A stretch of 27,608 nt of DNA from a virus (IMGVR_UViG_3300032281_000910:1-27608), one strand, 5' to 3'. Counted from the stretch's first letter, positions 1 to 9,277 are shown. Numbers and translations are program-made. The notes: generated by a model not told the origin, from the letters alone.

Positions 1-824
1 GCTAATATAAAAGATATTATTTGATATCCAGTTTCTGAAGAAGCAAAGGAATCTGTTGGGGCTTTTATAGGAAATAATCCTGTTTTTTTTAAATCAGATT
101 TATCAAAAGCACCATAGTTAACTTTTAATGATTCTAATATCTCACCCATTGTTATTATAGAGACACTACAATCATACCCACCGTCACTACGAGCTTTCCA
201 GCTATAGTTTTTTACAAATCCATATACAGCATCGTAATTACCATCTGCAGAAGCACGTTTAAATAATTCAGACCAAAGATTTTCTTTAGTTTGATTTTTT
301 GTAAAAAGATAATCAGGTAAAAGTACATTAGATTGAAAATTCTTTTTATTGTCTAAATAAGGAGCCCACCCCCATTCTACTAATACAGAATATCCAGGGC
401 GCATGTATAATTGTTCTAATTCTTCTAATTGTCTAATATCCCAGCACTGAAAATTTACAGTTGCTTCTCTCAATGAACCATATGCTGATTTTGATTTAAC
501 ATCTAGTGATGTTATACCAGGCATAGGTCTAATACCTAATCTATTAAGTTGTCCTCCTAATGTAGTTGTTGAATATGCTTCGTTTCCACTTCCTACTCCT
601 GATCTTAAAGCTCCTGTTGATGTTAAGGTTCCTCCTTGTAAAACACTTTTTTTAGCTAAAGCTCCACTATCATTATTTACGTCAACAGCAGAAGACATTC
701 TAATCCAAGCATTACGTGAATTAAAATATTGTAAATGACCAGAAGTACGATCGTTAATAGACTCTTGTCGAGCTGTTAACTGGCCTTTAACTCCTGGCTT
801 AAATGAATCTTTAAATATTGACAT
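1..824 (-). CDS. Probable baseplate hub-type protein, 3'-truncated by the window edge (not in the ORF track)
   Basis: ATG at 824-822, 5 nt after the stop of 830..1141. I read the frame as open to position 1: MSIFKDSFKPGVKGQLTARQ...RNAWIRMSS...GIRPMPGITSLDVKSKSAYGSLREATVNFQCWDIRQLEELEQLYMRPGYSVLVEWGW...GNYDAVYGFVKNYSWKARSDGGYDC. The hub call is an inference from position (after tube-initiator and LysM genes) and the beta-rich pattern. Confidence 0.65.
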   Translation of the reverse strand, partial: MSIFKDSFKPGVKGQLTARQESINDRTSGHLQYFNSRNAWIRMSSAVDVNNDSGALAKKSVLQGGTLTSTGALRSGVGSGNEAYSTTTLGGQLNRLGIRPMPGITSLDVKSKSAYGSLREATVNFQCWDIRQLEELEQLYMRPGYSVLVEWGWAPYLDNKKNFQSNVLLPDYLFTKNQTKENLWSELFKRASADGNYDAVYGFVKNYSWKARSDGGYDCSVSIITMGEILESLKVNYGAFDKSDLKKTGLFPIKAPTDSFASSETGYQIISFIL

Positions 825-829
825 AACAT

Positions 830-1141
830 TTATCGGGCTTTATTAAATTGATCGTATAAATTTAAAATATAATTTAGGTCGGTTGGTATTCTTAATTGTG
901 TACCGGGTACGGGGTATAAGGCACCTTTAGTAGCATTATTATTTGCAGCAGCAATTATCCACCATAGGGTAGAATCATTATAATAAGAATATGCTAAACT
1001 ATCAAGTCTATCTTCAACAGTAGTAATAACATACACATCTGATTCTGCCAAAGGAATATTTGGGTAAAATCTACCCTTATAATAAGGACGATTTGTATTT
1101 TCTGTTTTTAATATTGTTGTATTTTCGTAGCGATTCATCAT
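830..1141 (-). CDS. LysM-like baseplate protein (P2 gpX / T4 gp53-like)
   Basis: Motif EDRLDSLAYSYYNDSTLWWIIAAAN...PGTQLRIP is typical of the LysM-fold tail X family. Start overlaps the upstream stop (TAATG), implying translational coupling. Confidence 0.8.
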   Translation of the reverse strand: MMNRYENTTILKTENTNRPYYKGRFYPNIPLAESDVYVITTVEDRLDSLAYSYYNDSTLWWIIAAANNNATKGALYPVPGTQLRIPTDLNYILNLYDQFNKAR

Positions 1142-3288
1142 TATGGTTTAATATAGTTAGGTTCTCCTTTAGCGGCACCATTATAGTTTTGAGCTATATT
1201 AGATGTATTTTGAGATTTAGAAGCAAGTTTATTTGTTGCTTGTGTTTGTGAACCGATAGGAGTAAATGTCATATTTACTTCTAAAACATGAGGTAATATT
1301 AAATATTTATCTCCTAATCCTATTTCCCAAGGTGAATCTTGAGGAACAGTATACGACAATGAATTTAAAATACCAAATTGTCCGTCTAACCAATTACCAA
1401 CAGTCATTCTCATCATAGGTCCTCTCATTAAAGTACCATTATAATCAGGCATTAAATTACTCATTAAGTAGTTTAATTTTTGATACATTGGTTCCATTTC
1501 TTCAACTGATAAAGATGCTACTTTAAATCCAATTTGAACTTTTCTACCAAAACCACCGTATATGTAGAAATCTTCACCTCTACCAGCATATTTAACACTA
1601 TTCCAATTAGCATCTACGTTATCTGAAAGTTGAGTTAGGTATGCTCTAAATATCATGTAATCTGACTTATTTGGGTCTGTTCCATCTACTGCTTGAATTC
1701 TAAATTTAACTAAATCGTTTATATTGGATGTTGGATTACCAGGTATATTTAGTTTTTTTACACTATCAGCAGCACTACCACCATTATCTGAAAATATTGG
1801 GGTTAGATTTATTAAATCTTTTCGTCCACTACCAACTCTTACTTCACGGCTTAGACCAAGCCATCCTTTTGGAGCGTATAATTTAACTGTATCTCCATAC
1901 CCGTTTCTATAACCAAGATAATTCGCAGCACCTATATTAGTACGATATGTTGGGTTATTTGGATCAGTTAATATATCATCTGAATCTCGTTCAAAAAAGT
2001 CAGATGTATTTAATTTAGCAAGACCAGTTGTAGATGATATTCTATTATCAAAATATTGATTATTAGTAAGTATTTTTTTTTCAATTATTTTTTTATAGCT
2101 ATTATAACTTTTACTGCCTCCTCTACCTTGACCTACAACAGTTACTTGAACCAATCCATTTCCATCAATTTGAAATAAATCTCCATTAAGAGAACTAATA
2201 CTTCGAGAATCTAAATCTTTTGGTTTTAATGTTGGATTATTTGGATCTATTCTAAGAAAATCTATAATATCTTGGTCTGTAGGAAAATAGCCTCTTGATA
2301 CTCCTAATGTATTGTAATAATTTATATTACTTAAAGATAATTTAAGAGCAGCTTCATTTGATAAATAAATTGCATTATTCTTAAAAGCATCTCCAGTATA
2401 TTGTGTTCTTTGGATTGTTGTAGTTCCTATACCATACACAGATGATGGTCCTCCAAGAGTTGGTCCTTGAATTGTGTTATTAGTAGGTTTCCAATTTGCT
2501 ATATTAGGAAGACCAAAAGTTCCAGTTAAAAATCCAGATATTTGGTTTATAGCTGTGGTAAATGCACTTTGCTTAGAAAATGAAGTTGCTTGGCCTAAGC
2601 TAAATTTATTTGATAATCCTACTAGTCTATTTTCTTTACTTCCGTTGCTTTCATTATTAAATGTAACTACAGATTCATAATTATTAGAATTATCTCGAAC
2701 GGGTAATAAACCATGTCTAGTAAAATGAACACCAAATGCGTTAACAGGTACTTGAGCTATTGTATTAATACCTAAATTGTAAATACGAGTTGGACCCAAC
2801 ATACCTCCTGTAATTGTTCCTAAAAGAGAACCAGGGCTAAAATTAAGAGCACCACTAGCAAGACCTCTTCCTCCTTTTTTAACCTCTAAAAGTGGGTTTG
2901 ATAATTGTAAACCTACTTGTTTAGCAATAAATAAAGGACCTTTTGGTAAACTAAGGAAGAAACTTCCTATACGAAAAGCATCATTGATAGAAGCTTGAGC
3001 AGCTCCTAAAGCACCACCTCTAATAAATTCATCTCCACTAAGGAAATCATTAACAAATCTTCCAATACTACTTCTATTTAATAAACTTGATGCATTTGGA
3101 AGTAAGGGTAATGAATTTAATCCTAAACCAAATAGACCTAATACACTATTATTTGGAAAGTTAACCTTAGTACCGTGGATTCCATCTACATCTGTTGTAA
3201 TGTAAGGTTGGCCACTATCACCCCCACCAGGTTGATCTTTACCATACTTAAGTGATTTTAAGTCTGTTTTTAGGTCTATTAAAGGCAT
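1141..3288 (-). CDS. Baseplate/tail-tube initiator protein with C-terminal tube-like domain
   Basis: 715 aa. The C-terminal ~190 aa (FRAYLTQLSDNVDANWNSVKYAGRGEDFYIYGGFGRKVQIGF...MYQKLNYL...GPMMRMTVG...GILNSLSYTV...PWEI...PHVLEVNMTFTPI) has the pattern of contractile-system tube-like initiators (T4 gp48/gp54 class). It lies between the tape measure and LysM genes. Confidence 0.65.
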   Translation of the reverse strand: MPLIDLKTDLKSLKYGKDQPGGGDSGQPYITTDVDGIHGTKVNFPNNSVLGLFGLGLNSLPLLPNASSLLNRSSIGRFVNDFLSGDEFIRGGALGAAQASINDAFRIGSFFLSLPKGPLFIAKQVGLQLSNPLLEVKKGGRGLASGALNFSPGSLLGTITGGMLGPTRIYNLGINTIAQVPVNAFGVHFTRHGLLPVRDNSNNYESVVTFNNESNGSKENRLVGLSNKFSLGQATSFSKQSAFTTAINQISGFLTGTFGLPNIANWKPTNNTIQGPTLGGPSSVYGIGTTTIQRTQYTGDAFKNNAIYLSNEAALKLSLSNINYYNTLGVSRGYFPTDQDIIDFLRIDPNNPTLKPKDLDSRSISSLNGDLFQIDGNGLVQVTVVGQGRGGSKSYNSYKKIIEKKILTNNQYFDNRISSTTGLAKLNTSDFFERDSDDILTDPNNPTYRTNIGAANYLGYRNGYGDTVKLYAPKGWLGLSREVRVGSGRKDLINLTPIFSDNGGSAADSVKKLNIPGNPTSNINDLVKFRIQAVDGTDPNKSDYMIFRAYLTQLSDNVDANWNSVKYAGRGEDFYIYGGFGRKVQIGFKVASLSVEEMEPMYQKLNYLMSNLMPDYNGTLMRGPMMRMTVGNWLDGQFGILNSLSYTVPQDSPWEIGLGDKYLILPHVLEVNMTFTPIGSQTQATNKLASKSQNTSNIAQNYNGAAKGEPNYIKP

Positions 3289-3298
3289 TTATTATTGT

Positions 3299-3673
3299 TT
3301 AGTAGCGACCGTCTTTGGGCCCTAAGTCTTTATATTTCTTACCTGTAGCTGATTTATATACTTGTGATACTATAGATCCTGCTAAACCGGCTTGAGTATT
3401 AGATGGTGCATTTTTATCTAATTCATCTAATCTAGATTCTGCAGGTAAAAACGGTTTATATGGTGTTTTATTGAAACTCACAATTTTAGTTTGTGGAGTT
3501 GAATTTACATCATACGTGTTCTGTAATACACTAAGTTTCGGATCTAACGGATTTAATGTTGGATCTGTAATGTTTGGGTTGCTGAATCCCCAAGCAGCGC
3601 TTTGAAGTGCTGGATTGAATCCATTGCCCTCTAAGCTTAAAGTGCTGTCTTTTAATTTATCTTGTAATGCCAT
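3299..3673 (-). CDS. Hypothetical protein, probably virion/baseplate associated
   Basis: 124-aa ORF with ATG, A-rich leader and its own ATATTTAT motif, directly downstream of the tape measure gene. Confidence 0.7.
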   Translation of the reverse strand: MALQDKLKDSTLSLEGNGFNPALQSAAWGFSNPNITDPTLNPLDPKLSVLQNTYDVNSTPQTKIVSFNKTPYKPFLPAESRLDELDKNAPSNTQAGLAGSIVSQVYKSATGKKYKDLGPKDGRY

Positions 3674-3699
3674 AGTTTTTTATTTTTTTAATGTTTCGT

Positions 3700-3707
3700 A
3701 TAAATAT
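3700..3707 (-). promoter_or_regulatory. ATATTTAT putative late promoter
   Basis: One of 9 intergenic copies; 26 nt upstream of the ATG at 3673. Confidence 0.65.
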
Positions 3708-3713
3708 TTAAAG

Positions 3714-5891
3714 TTATGCAGACTTGTACGAAGCGTTTTGAACTAAGCTAGTTCCAACTTGCTTACTATCCATATTAATTATTACGGGGCGGTTCATTAA
3801 TTCTTTAACTGCTGCTTTTACTTCATTAATAGCTGTAACCATTGGTGTTAAATCAATTGAAGGCATTGAGCCTCCTCCACTACCACCTCCTAAATCAGTA
3901 CCAGCAATTACTGTGTCTTTATCGTTTAATTTGATAGCACCTTCTGGAGATAATAAGGTACGTTTACCATACCCCCCTTCAGACATTACGTCATCACCTT
4001 TAAATGATGAAATTAAACCGTATATAGCAGCACCAGCACCTAATATAATTGGAAGTAAAGTACCAAAAGACATAGCAGTTGCTGCAGTAGTTTCAGCTAC
4101 AGCTTTTGCCGTTGATATACCTAACATTTTACCTAATTGGCCAATCATTACATTACTAACACCAACACCCATTCTATCTGCTATTAATTTTTGTTTAGAA
4201 TACCAAGCTATTAATAATTGAGATCCTGCTATTAGTTTAGAAGTAACATACCAAGTAGCTAATCCAGCACCAATAGAAGTAATTAATCCTAATGATGTAG
4301 TTAACATATCTAAGAAAGTACCAAACGGTCCTGCTATTAAATTACCAAAGAAATCTTGTAATTTTAAAATAGCCTGATTAAATTTTTCTTGTACTGCTTG
4401 TCTTTCAAGAGCAGTTTTAGCTTCTTCTTCTGTTATTTGAGCTAATGATTTACCACTAGCAAGAGCTTGTTCTCTTTTTACTAATGTATTTGCAAGTTCA
4501 TCTGAGGTCATACCAACAGCTTCGGCTAATGATTTTTGTTGCAATACATTCATTTTAGTAAAATCAGCAGCTGTGCCTACATTTTTAGCTAATTCCTCAG
4601 CTAATGCTATTTGATCACCTGCTAAAGCAGCTGCTCTAGCTCTTTCTAAATTTAATTGCTTACCTGTTAATAATTCAGCTTTTAATTCACTTTCAAGTGA
4701 TGATTCAAAATTTAAAAGCGATTCACCTGATTTAGCTACTTGTTCTAAAGTCATACCAAATGCCTTAGCAGTAACTACAGCTTTAGCTATACGTTCGGGA
4801 TTATATCCTAGATTTGCAGCTAATTGACCTGATACTTTAGTAGCTTCAGCTAATGTTGCTTTAAAATCAATTCCTACTTTAAGTTGGTTTCTTGTTGCTA
4901 CTAATCCCTTAACAAACGAATTATATGTTTGTTCTGATGTTTTATTATTTAATATTCCAAGTTTTTGTATTTGTGCCGCTTCATCTGCTTGTAAACCAAC
5001 CTGTTTAGTTAATTTAACTTGTGTTGCTAATTGATCAACTGTAAATTCATAGGCAAATCCAGTTTCCTTAGCTAATTCGCTAAAGGCTCCTATTAAATTT
5101 TCAGTAGTAATATTTATGTTAGAATTAAATCGAGCAGCTGCTGCTAAATTTTCTCTGTATGTATATGAATCTTTTCCTAATTGTTTTCCTAATTCTACAA
5201 CCTGTTTATTTGCTTTTAAAGCTTGGTTTAAAAAGAAAGTAAGTAAAGTAAGTGGATCTGTTAGTCCTTTTCCTAGTTGTTTTCCTATTTCACCAGCCGC
5301 AACTCCCATTGTTTTAAAAGTACCACCACCACTAGCAGCAACTTTTCTCATCTTAGTTTCAATTTCTTCAGTATTGAAGAATTTACCTATAAATGGAACC
5401 TTATTTAATCCACTAACTAGCTTACCAGTTAGACCTAATCTTCTTTCTATTAATTCAAGTTGTTTTTCATCTTTTTTAAGAAGTTCTTCTTGAATATCTA
5501 ATGATTTTAAAGCGGTATTGTAATCTTCTTCATTATATTGTAAACCTAACAATCTAGCATGCTGCATTTTTCTTTCTAATTCGGCTCTTTTTTCCCCTAA
5601 TGATTGTAATTGTTTAGTTATATCTTTTTCTTTTATAATACCATTATTTATTCTACCTTGGTTATGAGCAAATTCATCAGACATTTTAGCTAATCTAGTA
5701 AAGGTTCTAGTTAAATCTTTACCCACAGCAGCCATAGTACTTGCTTCCGCTGAGTCAAATGCCCCTTCAACAGCATCTTTTAGTACATTAGCGTAATTAG
5801 AAGCAATAGACATTAATGTGTCTCTTATATATAGATTTTGTTTATCTATTGCTGCTTGTGATGCCGATGTATTTGATGTAGATGTAGCCAT
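3714..5891 (-). CDS. Tail tape measure protein
   Basis: 725 aa, Ala/Leu/Lys-rich and helical (LLNFESSLESELKAELLTGKQLNLERARAAAL), with hydrophobic Gly/Ala segments near the C-terminus. Canonical position after the tube and chaperone genes. Confidence 0.85.
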   Translation of the reverse strand: MATSTSNTSASQAAIDKQNLYIRDTLMSIASNYANVLKDAVEGAFDSAEASTMAAVGKDLTRTFTRLAKMSDEFAHNQGRINNGIIKEKDITKQLQSLGEKRAELERKMQHARLLGLQYNEEDYNTALKSLDIQEELLKKDEKQLELIERRLGLTGKLVSGLNKVPFIGKFFNTEEIETKMRKVAASGGGTFKTMGVAAGEIGKQLGKGLTDPLTLLTFFLNQALKANKQVVELGKQLGKDSYTYRENLAAAARFNSNINITTENLIGAFSELAKETGFAYEFTVDQLATQVKLTKQVGLQADEAAQIQKLGILNNKTSEQTYNSFVKGLVATRNQLKVGIDFKATLAEATKVSGQLAANLGYNPERIAKAVVTAKAFGMTLEQVAKSGESLLNFESSLESELKAELLTGKQLNLERARAAALAGDQIALAEELAKNVGTAADFTKMNVLQQKSLAEAVGMTSDELANTLVKREQALASGKSLAQITEEEAKTALERQAVQEKFNQAILKLQDFFGNLIAGPFGTFLDMLTTSLGLITSIGAGLATWYVTSKLIAGSQLLIAWYSKQKLIADRMGVGVSNVMIGQLGKMLGISTAKAVAETTAATAMSFGTLLPIILGAGAAIYGLISSFKGDDVMSEGGYGKRTLLSPEGAIKLNDKDTVIAGTDLGGGSGGGSMPSIDLTPMVTAINEVKAAVKELMNRPVIINMDSKQVGTSLVQNASYKSA

Positions 5892-5909
5892 ATTGTATTA
5901 TTGCGCCGT

Positions 5910-5917
5910 ATAAATAT
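5910..5917 (-). promoter_or_regulatory. ATATTTAT putative late promoter
   Basis: 18 nt upstream of the tape measure ATG (5891). Confidence 0.65.
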
Positions 5918-5918
5918 T

Positions 5919-5945
5919 GAAAGCGCCTATTTTTTAGGCGCCTTC
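5919..5945 (-). terminator. Hairpin over the stop codon of the second chaperone ORF (terminator or processing structure)
   Basis: Sense strand GAAGGCGCCTA-AAAAA-TAGGCGCTTTC: 11-bp stem with one G-U, followed by AATATTTAT. The U tail is weak. Confidence 0.55.
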
Positions 5946-6178
5946 GCAGTGTATGTAGGTTGTGTTTTAGGAGCCACATTTGGTCGTGCTATATCACCCC
6001 CACCAGATTTATTTTTTAACATATTTTGTTGCTTGTCTGCTTCTTCCTTTTGTTTTTCATAGTGTTCACGTAGATTTTCAAAAGTAAAACGTCGTAGCCA
6101 AATAGGCATGTTATAAACGGTATTCCAATCATAACCGCCCTGTCCGTTAAATACAATTTCGTGTATTGTTTTAAACAA
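5927..6178 (-). CDS. Tail assembly chaperone C-terminal (T) segment, probably made as a frameshift fusion with 6186..6926
   Basis: The ORF-track start is only a TTG. The frame is open upstream to 6232, through the T7 run at 6206-6212 (FFGLTQEYRIHLFKTIHEIVF...YDWNTVYNMPIWLRRF). It lies immediately before the tape measure gene, as in lambda gpGT. Confidence 0.75.
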   Translation of the reverse strand: MFKTIHEIVFNGQGGYDWNTVYNMPIWLRRFTFENLREHYEKQKEEADKQQNMLKNKSGGGDIARPNVAPKTQPTYTAKAPKK

Positions 6179-6185
6179 ATGTATC

Positions 6186-6926
6186 CTATATTCCTGAGTC
6201 AGGCCAAAAAAAGTTAAGTCCTGGAGTAAACTCTATGCCCTCCCCAACATAACTTTTGTCTTTGGGGAAAAATCTCATATCAACATCTGGGGTAATTTTG
6301 GCATAGTATTGACGTAATGCTCTAGCGTCTTGTGCCAACATTGAATCAGAAAATTCACGTATTGCTTTTGTATCGCGATTGCCATTAATTGATGTTAGGA
6401 TATATTTTAAACGTGTTGTAACATCTGTTGTTGCATTTGGATTTACTTTTTGTAAACCTTTAATTTCAGCATCAATTTTTTGTTCATCATCATGTGTTAA
6501 CAGTTTAAATGTTACTGTGTTGCCTGTTTGAGGCAAAGTAAATGAAAAATCATTTATACCTGATTCAAATAATGTGTAATCAACTTTTTTATCTTCTAGT
6601 TGCGATAAATCAACTGTATGATTTTCATTGCCATAGAAAACATTATAATCTTTACCATAACCTAAAACACGAGCTGCAATTAATATTGCATTTTTATCAC
6701 CCACTAACAATTCATTATAGTCGATCGGTGTTACAATCATTGATTGTAATAGTTTGTCAATTACTGTATTGTTTCTAATATAGTTTGCGTTGGTAAGAAT
6801 ATCTTCTTCCCTAGCAGTCATATATTTCATTTCAATTTCACCCTTAGATAGTGGTGATTCTTTTGGATACAGTAAACCTTTTGATGGTAGAGAGATTGTC
6901 TCTGTTGGAATTTTTAATTCTGCCAT
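6186..6926 (-). CDS. Tail assembly chaperone / baseplate hub assembly protein (T4 gp26-like)
   Basis: Motifs LPSKG, IEMKYMTAREEDIL, LLVGDKNAILIAARVLGYGKDY, FTLP...VTFKLLT and C-terminal NFFWPD match T4 gp26/gp51-like proteins. Located between the tube and tape measure genes. Confidence 0.75.
   Translation of the reverse strand: MAELKIPTETISLPSKGLLYPKESPLSKGEIEMKYMTAREEDILTNANYIRNNTVIDKLLQSMIVTPIDYNELLVGDKNAILIAARVLGYGKDYNVFYGNENHTVDLSQLEDKKVDYTLFESGINDFSFTLPQTGNTVTFKLLTHDDEQKIDAEIKGLQKVNPNATTDVTTRLKYILTSINGNRDTKAIREFSDSMLAQDARALRQYYAKITPDVDMRFFPKDKSYVGEGIEFTPGLNFFWPDSGI
6206..6212 (-). other. Putative programmed ribosomal frameshift site (UUU UUU U)
   Basis: Sense AAC TTT TTT TGG in frame 0. 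The +1 frame reads TTT TTT GGC CTG ACT CAG GAA TAT AGG ATA CAT TTG TTT AAA, straight into 5927..6178. Confidence 0.7.
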
Positions 6927-6950
6927 AAACTTATTTTATATTTTATATAT

Positions 6951-6958
6951 ATAAATAT
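6951..6958 (-). promoter_or_regulatory. ATATTTAT putative late promoter
   Basis: 24 nt upstream of the ATG at 6926, immediately after the tube-gene terminator. Confidence 0.65.
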
Positions 6959-6961
6959 ACG

Positions 6962-6996
6962 AAAAAAGAGGGCATTTGCCAAAAGCAAACACCCTC
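6962..6996 (-). terminator. Rho-independent terminator after the tail tube gene
   Basis: Sense GAGGGTGTTTGC-TTTTG-GCAAATGCCCTC then TTTTTT: 12-bp stem whose two G-U pairs form only on the minus strand. Confidence 0.85.
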
Positions 6997-7020
6997 AATT
7001 AAAAATATTGATAAGTAATC

Positions 7021-7506
7021 TTAGAAATTCAATACGCAGTAATCCATAGCTACTGTTACAGATAAGCTAATTGCAGCGTCTGAGCTCCAATCATAATCGC
7101 CAAAAGTTGCTGTTTTTACATAAGCACCTTTAACAATCCACTCACCTACTACATCACCTACTGGGCCTAAGATATCTAAAGTTAAGTCTTTTTTATAAAA
7201 ATCAGAATAACCATCACGACCCGTTACTGATTCATGAGCCAAACGAGCCCATTCCATTACTGATTGAGCACCAGATGGAGTGATTGGATCGTATAGTTCT
7301 AAAGTCATGTCGTTCCATCTAACTTTACCTTTAATTTTACGGTAAACGTTGATGTGGTCTAAAATAATTTCTCCAGCTTCGAATCCAGGTGCAGATGCCT
7401 TTTTAATTAAGTATGCGGGAATACCGTTGATATACATAATAAAACGGTTCTGAACTTTTGGTTCAAATGCCGTGAACATTATTTCGTTAGCGTTTAATAC
7501 AGCCAT
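7021..7506 (-). CDS. Tail tube protein (T4 gp19-like)
   Basis: 161 aa with FEPKVQNRF, KGKVRWNDMTLELYDPI, V.EW, YKKDLTLDILGPVGDVVGEW...GDYDW...VTVAMDY. Directly follows the sheath gene. Confidence 0.92.
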   Translation of the reverse strand: MAVLNANEIMFTAFEPKVQNRFIMYINGIPAYLIKKASAPGFEAGEIILDHINVYRKIKGKVRWNDMTLELYDPITPSGAQSVMEWARLAHESVTGRDGYSDFYKKDLTLDILGPVGDVVGEWIVKGAYVKTATFGDYDWSSDAAISLSVTVAMDYCVLNF

Positions 7507-7531
7507 TTTATGTTAAATTTTATTGCTATTA

Positions 7532-7539
7532 ATAAATAT
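7532..7539 (-). promoter_or_regulatory. ATATTTAT putative late promoter
   Basis: 25 nt upstream of the tube ATG (7506). Confidence 0.65.
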
Positions 7540-7547
7540 TAGGAACC

Positions 7548-7570
7548 ACATCCCCTTATGCAGGGAATGT
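7548..7570 (-). other. Hairpin spanning the sheath stop codon
   Basis: Sense ACATTCCCT-GCATA-AGGGGATGT (9 bp, one U-G). No U tract follows. Confidence 0.45.
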
Positions 7571-9277
7571 AGCGCCAGTTGGTAATACGTTGAAGTTCAA
7601 TATGATAAATTCAGCTGTCTTAGTTGGTTGAATATAAATTTGACCTACTAATTGGTTTCTATCAATTACATCAGCTGTGTTGTTTGTTTCATCCATTACA
7701 ACTCTGTAAGCGTATAAACCTTGTCTTTGTACTACTGAATCTAAATAAGGGTTAACTTGGCTTAAGAATAAGTTTCTTGTAATATTTGTATTTTGTTCAA
7801 ATACTAAGTTATTAGCAACTTGACCAATAAATCCTTTTAAGGCAATTAATAAACGACGAACGTTTACTCTGTCTAAAGCTGTTGCTCTGCGTTGTAATGT
7901 CTTTTGACCAAATACTACAACACCATTTCCTGGGAATGTAGCTAATGGGTTAACATTTGCTTGATATAAGTTATCGCGATCAGCTTGAGATAATTTTCTT
8001 TCAGCTTTTAATACTGATGGGACACCACCTCTATTTAAACCTGCTGGAGCAAACCATTCAGCACCAACTTGATCGTTAAATGCTAAAACACCACCCATAA
8101 TTGTTGATGCTGGAGCCCATACTGTTTTGCCTAATGCGCTTGAATATAATTGAATCCAAGGCCAGTAAGTAGCAGCGTAGTTGCTTGATTGACCAGCAGC
8201 TGCTGTTGCAGCTGTTGTTACAACTGAACCATATAATGTTGTATCTATCAATGCAATAGCATCTCCTCTATCTTCGCAAGTAGAAATCATACTTGATACT
8301 GCACTGTTACCTAAGCTAACTCCTGGAGCTAACAATACGTTAAATTGATATTCGTCTTTATTATTTAATAAAGTAAAAGCAGCAGCATAATCAGCTGGAG
8401 CAAATCCTTGTACGTTTGTAGTTGTGATTGATTCGTTCATTGATTGAGAAGCAGCTGTTGCAGCTAAACCACCAGCAAATGAACCACCATAAGAACCGCT
8501 ACCTACAACTGGTAAACCAGATGCAAGAGAAGCACTTTTATAATTACCATTATTATCAATAGAATCTGCTTGAATATTTGTTACTGATTTAATACGAATG
8601 TATTGAGAAGCATTAGCATAAGAGCCAGTAGTATCAATATATGGAGTACCAGAACTATCTAATCTGTAAACAGGTTTAATATCACCAATTACGCGGGAAA
8701 TATAGTTAGGTTGAGCTGGATCCAATGATAAATTAGACCATGTTTCAATATAGTTAGGTTGAGCAGTATTATCATTACCAGCACGAACTGCTAAACTAAA
8801 TGTACCACTTCCTGTGTTTGAATTTATAACTTCCCAACGAACGTTTGTTGAACTGCCACTTGCTAAAGCTCCTGCTGTTAAACTAGAAGTATTATTCATT
8901 ACATCACCCCAAGCTAATGTTTCAAGAGCAAATGAAGCTGTTAAGTTAGTAGCAATAACATCAGCGCTTGCATAAGTGCTCATGCTTGTACTACCACTAG
9001 AAATAACTCTAGTTACTAATAATGTTTGACCACCATTTTGAAAGAAATCTTTAGCGGCTAATGAAGTAAGATATTCGTAGTAATAGCTACCACTCTTAAA
9101 TGTTTCCCCGAATTTTGATACATATTCACTGTATGAAGTAACATAGGTAGGAACAAATGGTTGACCTAATACTGTAGGACCAACGATTGCGGTTGCAGTA
9201 CCTTGAATACCTCTTTGAACTAACGATTGGTCAGATTCATTTTGGAATACACCAGGTGAAATAATTTTTTCTGCCAT
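7556..9277 (-). CDS. Contractile tail sheath protein (T4 gp18-like)
   Basis: N-terminal SPGVFQNESDQS; C-terminal YWPW, WFAPAGLNRG, LYQANVNP, VVFGQKTLQ, LDRVNVRRLL, FEQN, VMDETNNT...IDRNQLVG.IYIQPTKTAEFI are hallmark sheath motifs. Confidence 0.96.
   Translation of the reverse strand: MAEKIISPGVFQNESDQSLVQRGIQGTATAIVGPTVLGQPFVPTYVTSYSEYVSKFGETFKSGSYYYEYLTSLAAKDFFQNGGQTLLVTRVISSGSTSMSTYASADVIATNLTASFALETLAWGDVMNNTSSLTAGALASGSSTNVRWEVINSNTGSGTFSLAVRAGNDNTAQPNYIETWSNLSLDPAQPNYISRVIGDIKPVYRLDSSGTPYIDTTGSYANASQYIRIKSVTNIQADSIDNNGNYKSASLASGLPVVGSGSYGGSFAGGLAATAASQSMNESITTTNVQGFAPADYAAAFTLLNNKDEYQFNVLLAPGVSLGNSAVSSMISTCEDRGDAIALIDTTLYGSVVTTAATAAAGQSSNYAATYWPWIQLYSSALGKTVWAPASTIMGGVLAFNDQVGAEWFAPAGLNRGGVPSVLKAERKLSQADRDNLYQANVNPLATFPGNGVVVFGQKTLQRRATALDRVNVRRLLIALKGFIGQVANNLVFEQNTNITRNLFLSQVNPYLDSVVQRQGLYAYRVVMDETNNTADVIDRNQLVGQIYIQPTKTAEFIILNFNVLPTGATFPA

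Noticed and set aside
6171-6188. TAG readthrough or amber recoding as the way to join the chaperone ORFs
   Set aside because: Readthrough in frame 0 meets TAA after four more codons (GAT ACA TTT GTT TAA), and the long genes have no internal TAG, so the standard code fits.
1060-6778. Plus-strand ORFs 1060..1251, 1724..1912, 2474..2680, 3913..4221, 5116..5493, 6542..6778
   Set aside because: All are antisense to well-supported tail genes and show no recognisable motifs; shadow ORFs.
1-9277. Bacterial extracellular contractile injection system or tailocin rather than phage
   Set aside because: Single sheath and tube, T4-like chaperone, many fibre genes, a dedicated promoter motif and no bacterial genes favour a phage. 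No capsid gene is in view, so this is not formally excluded.
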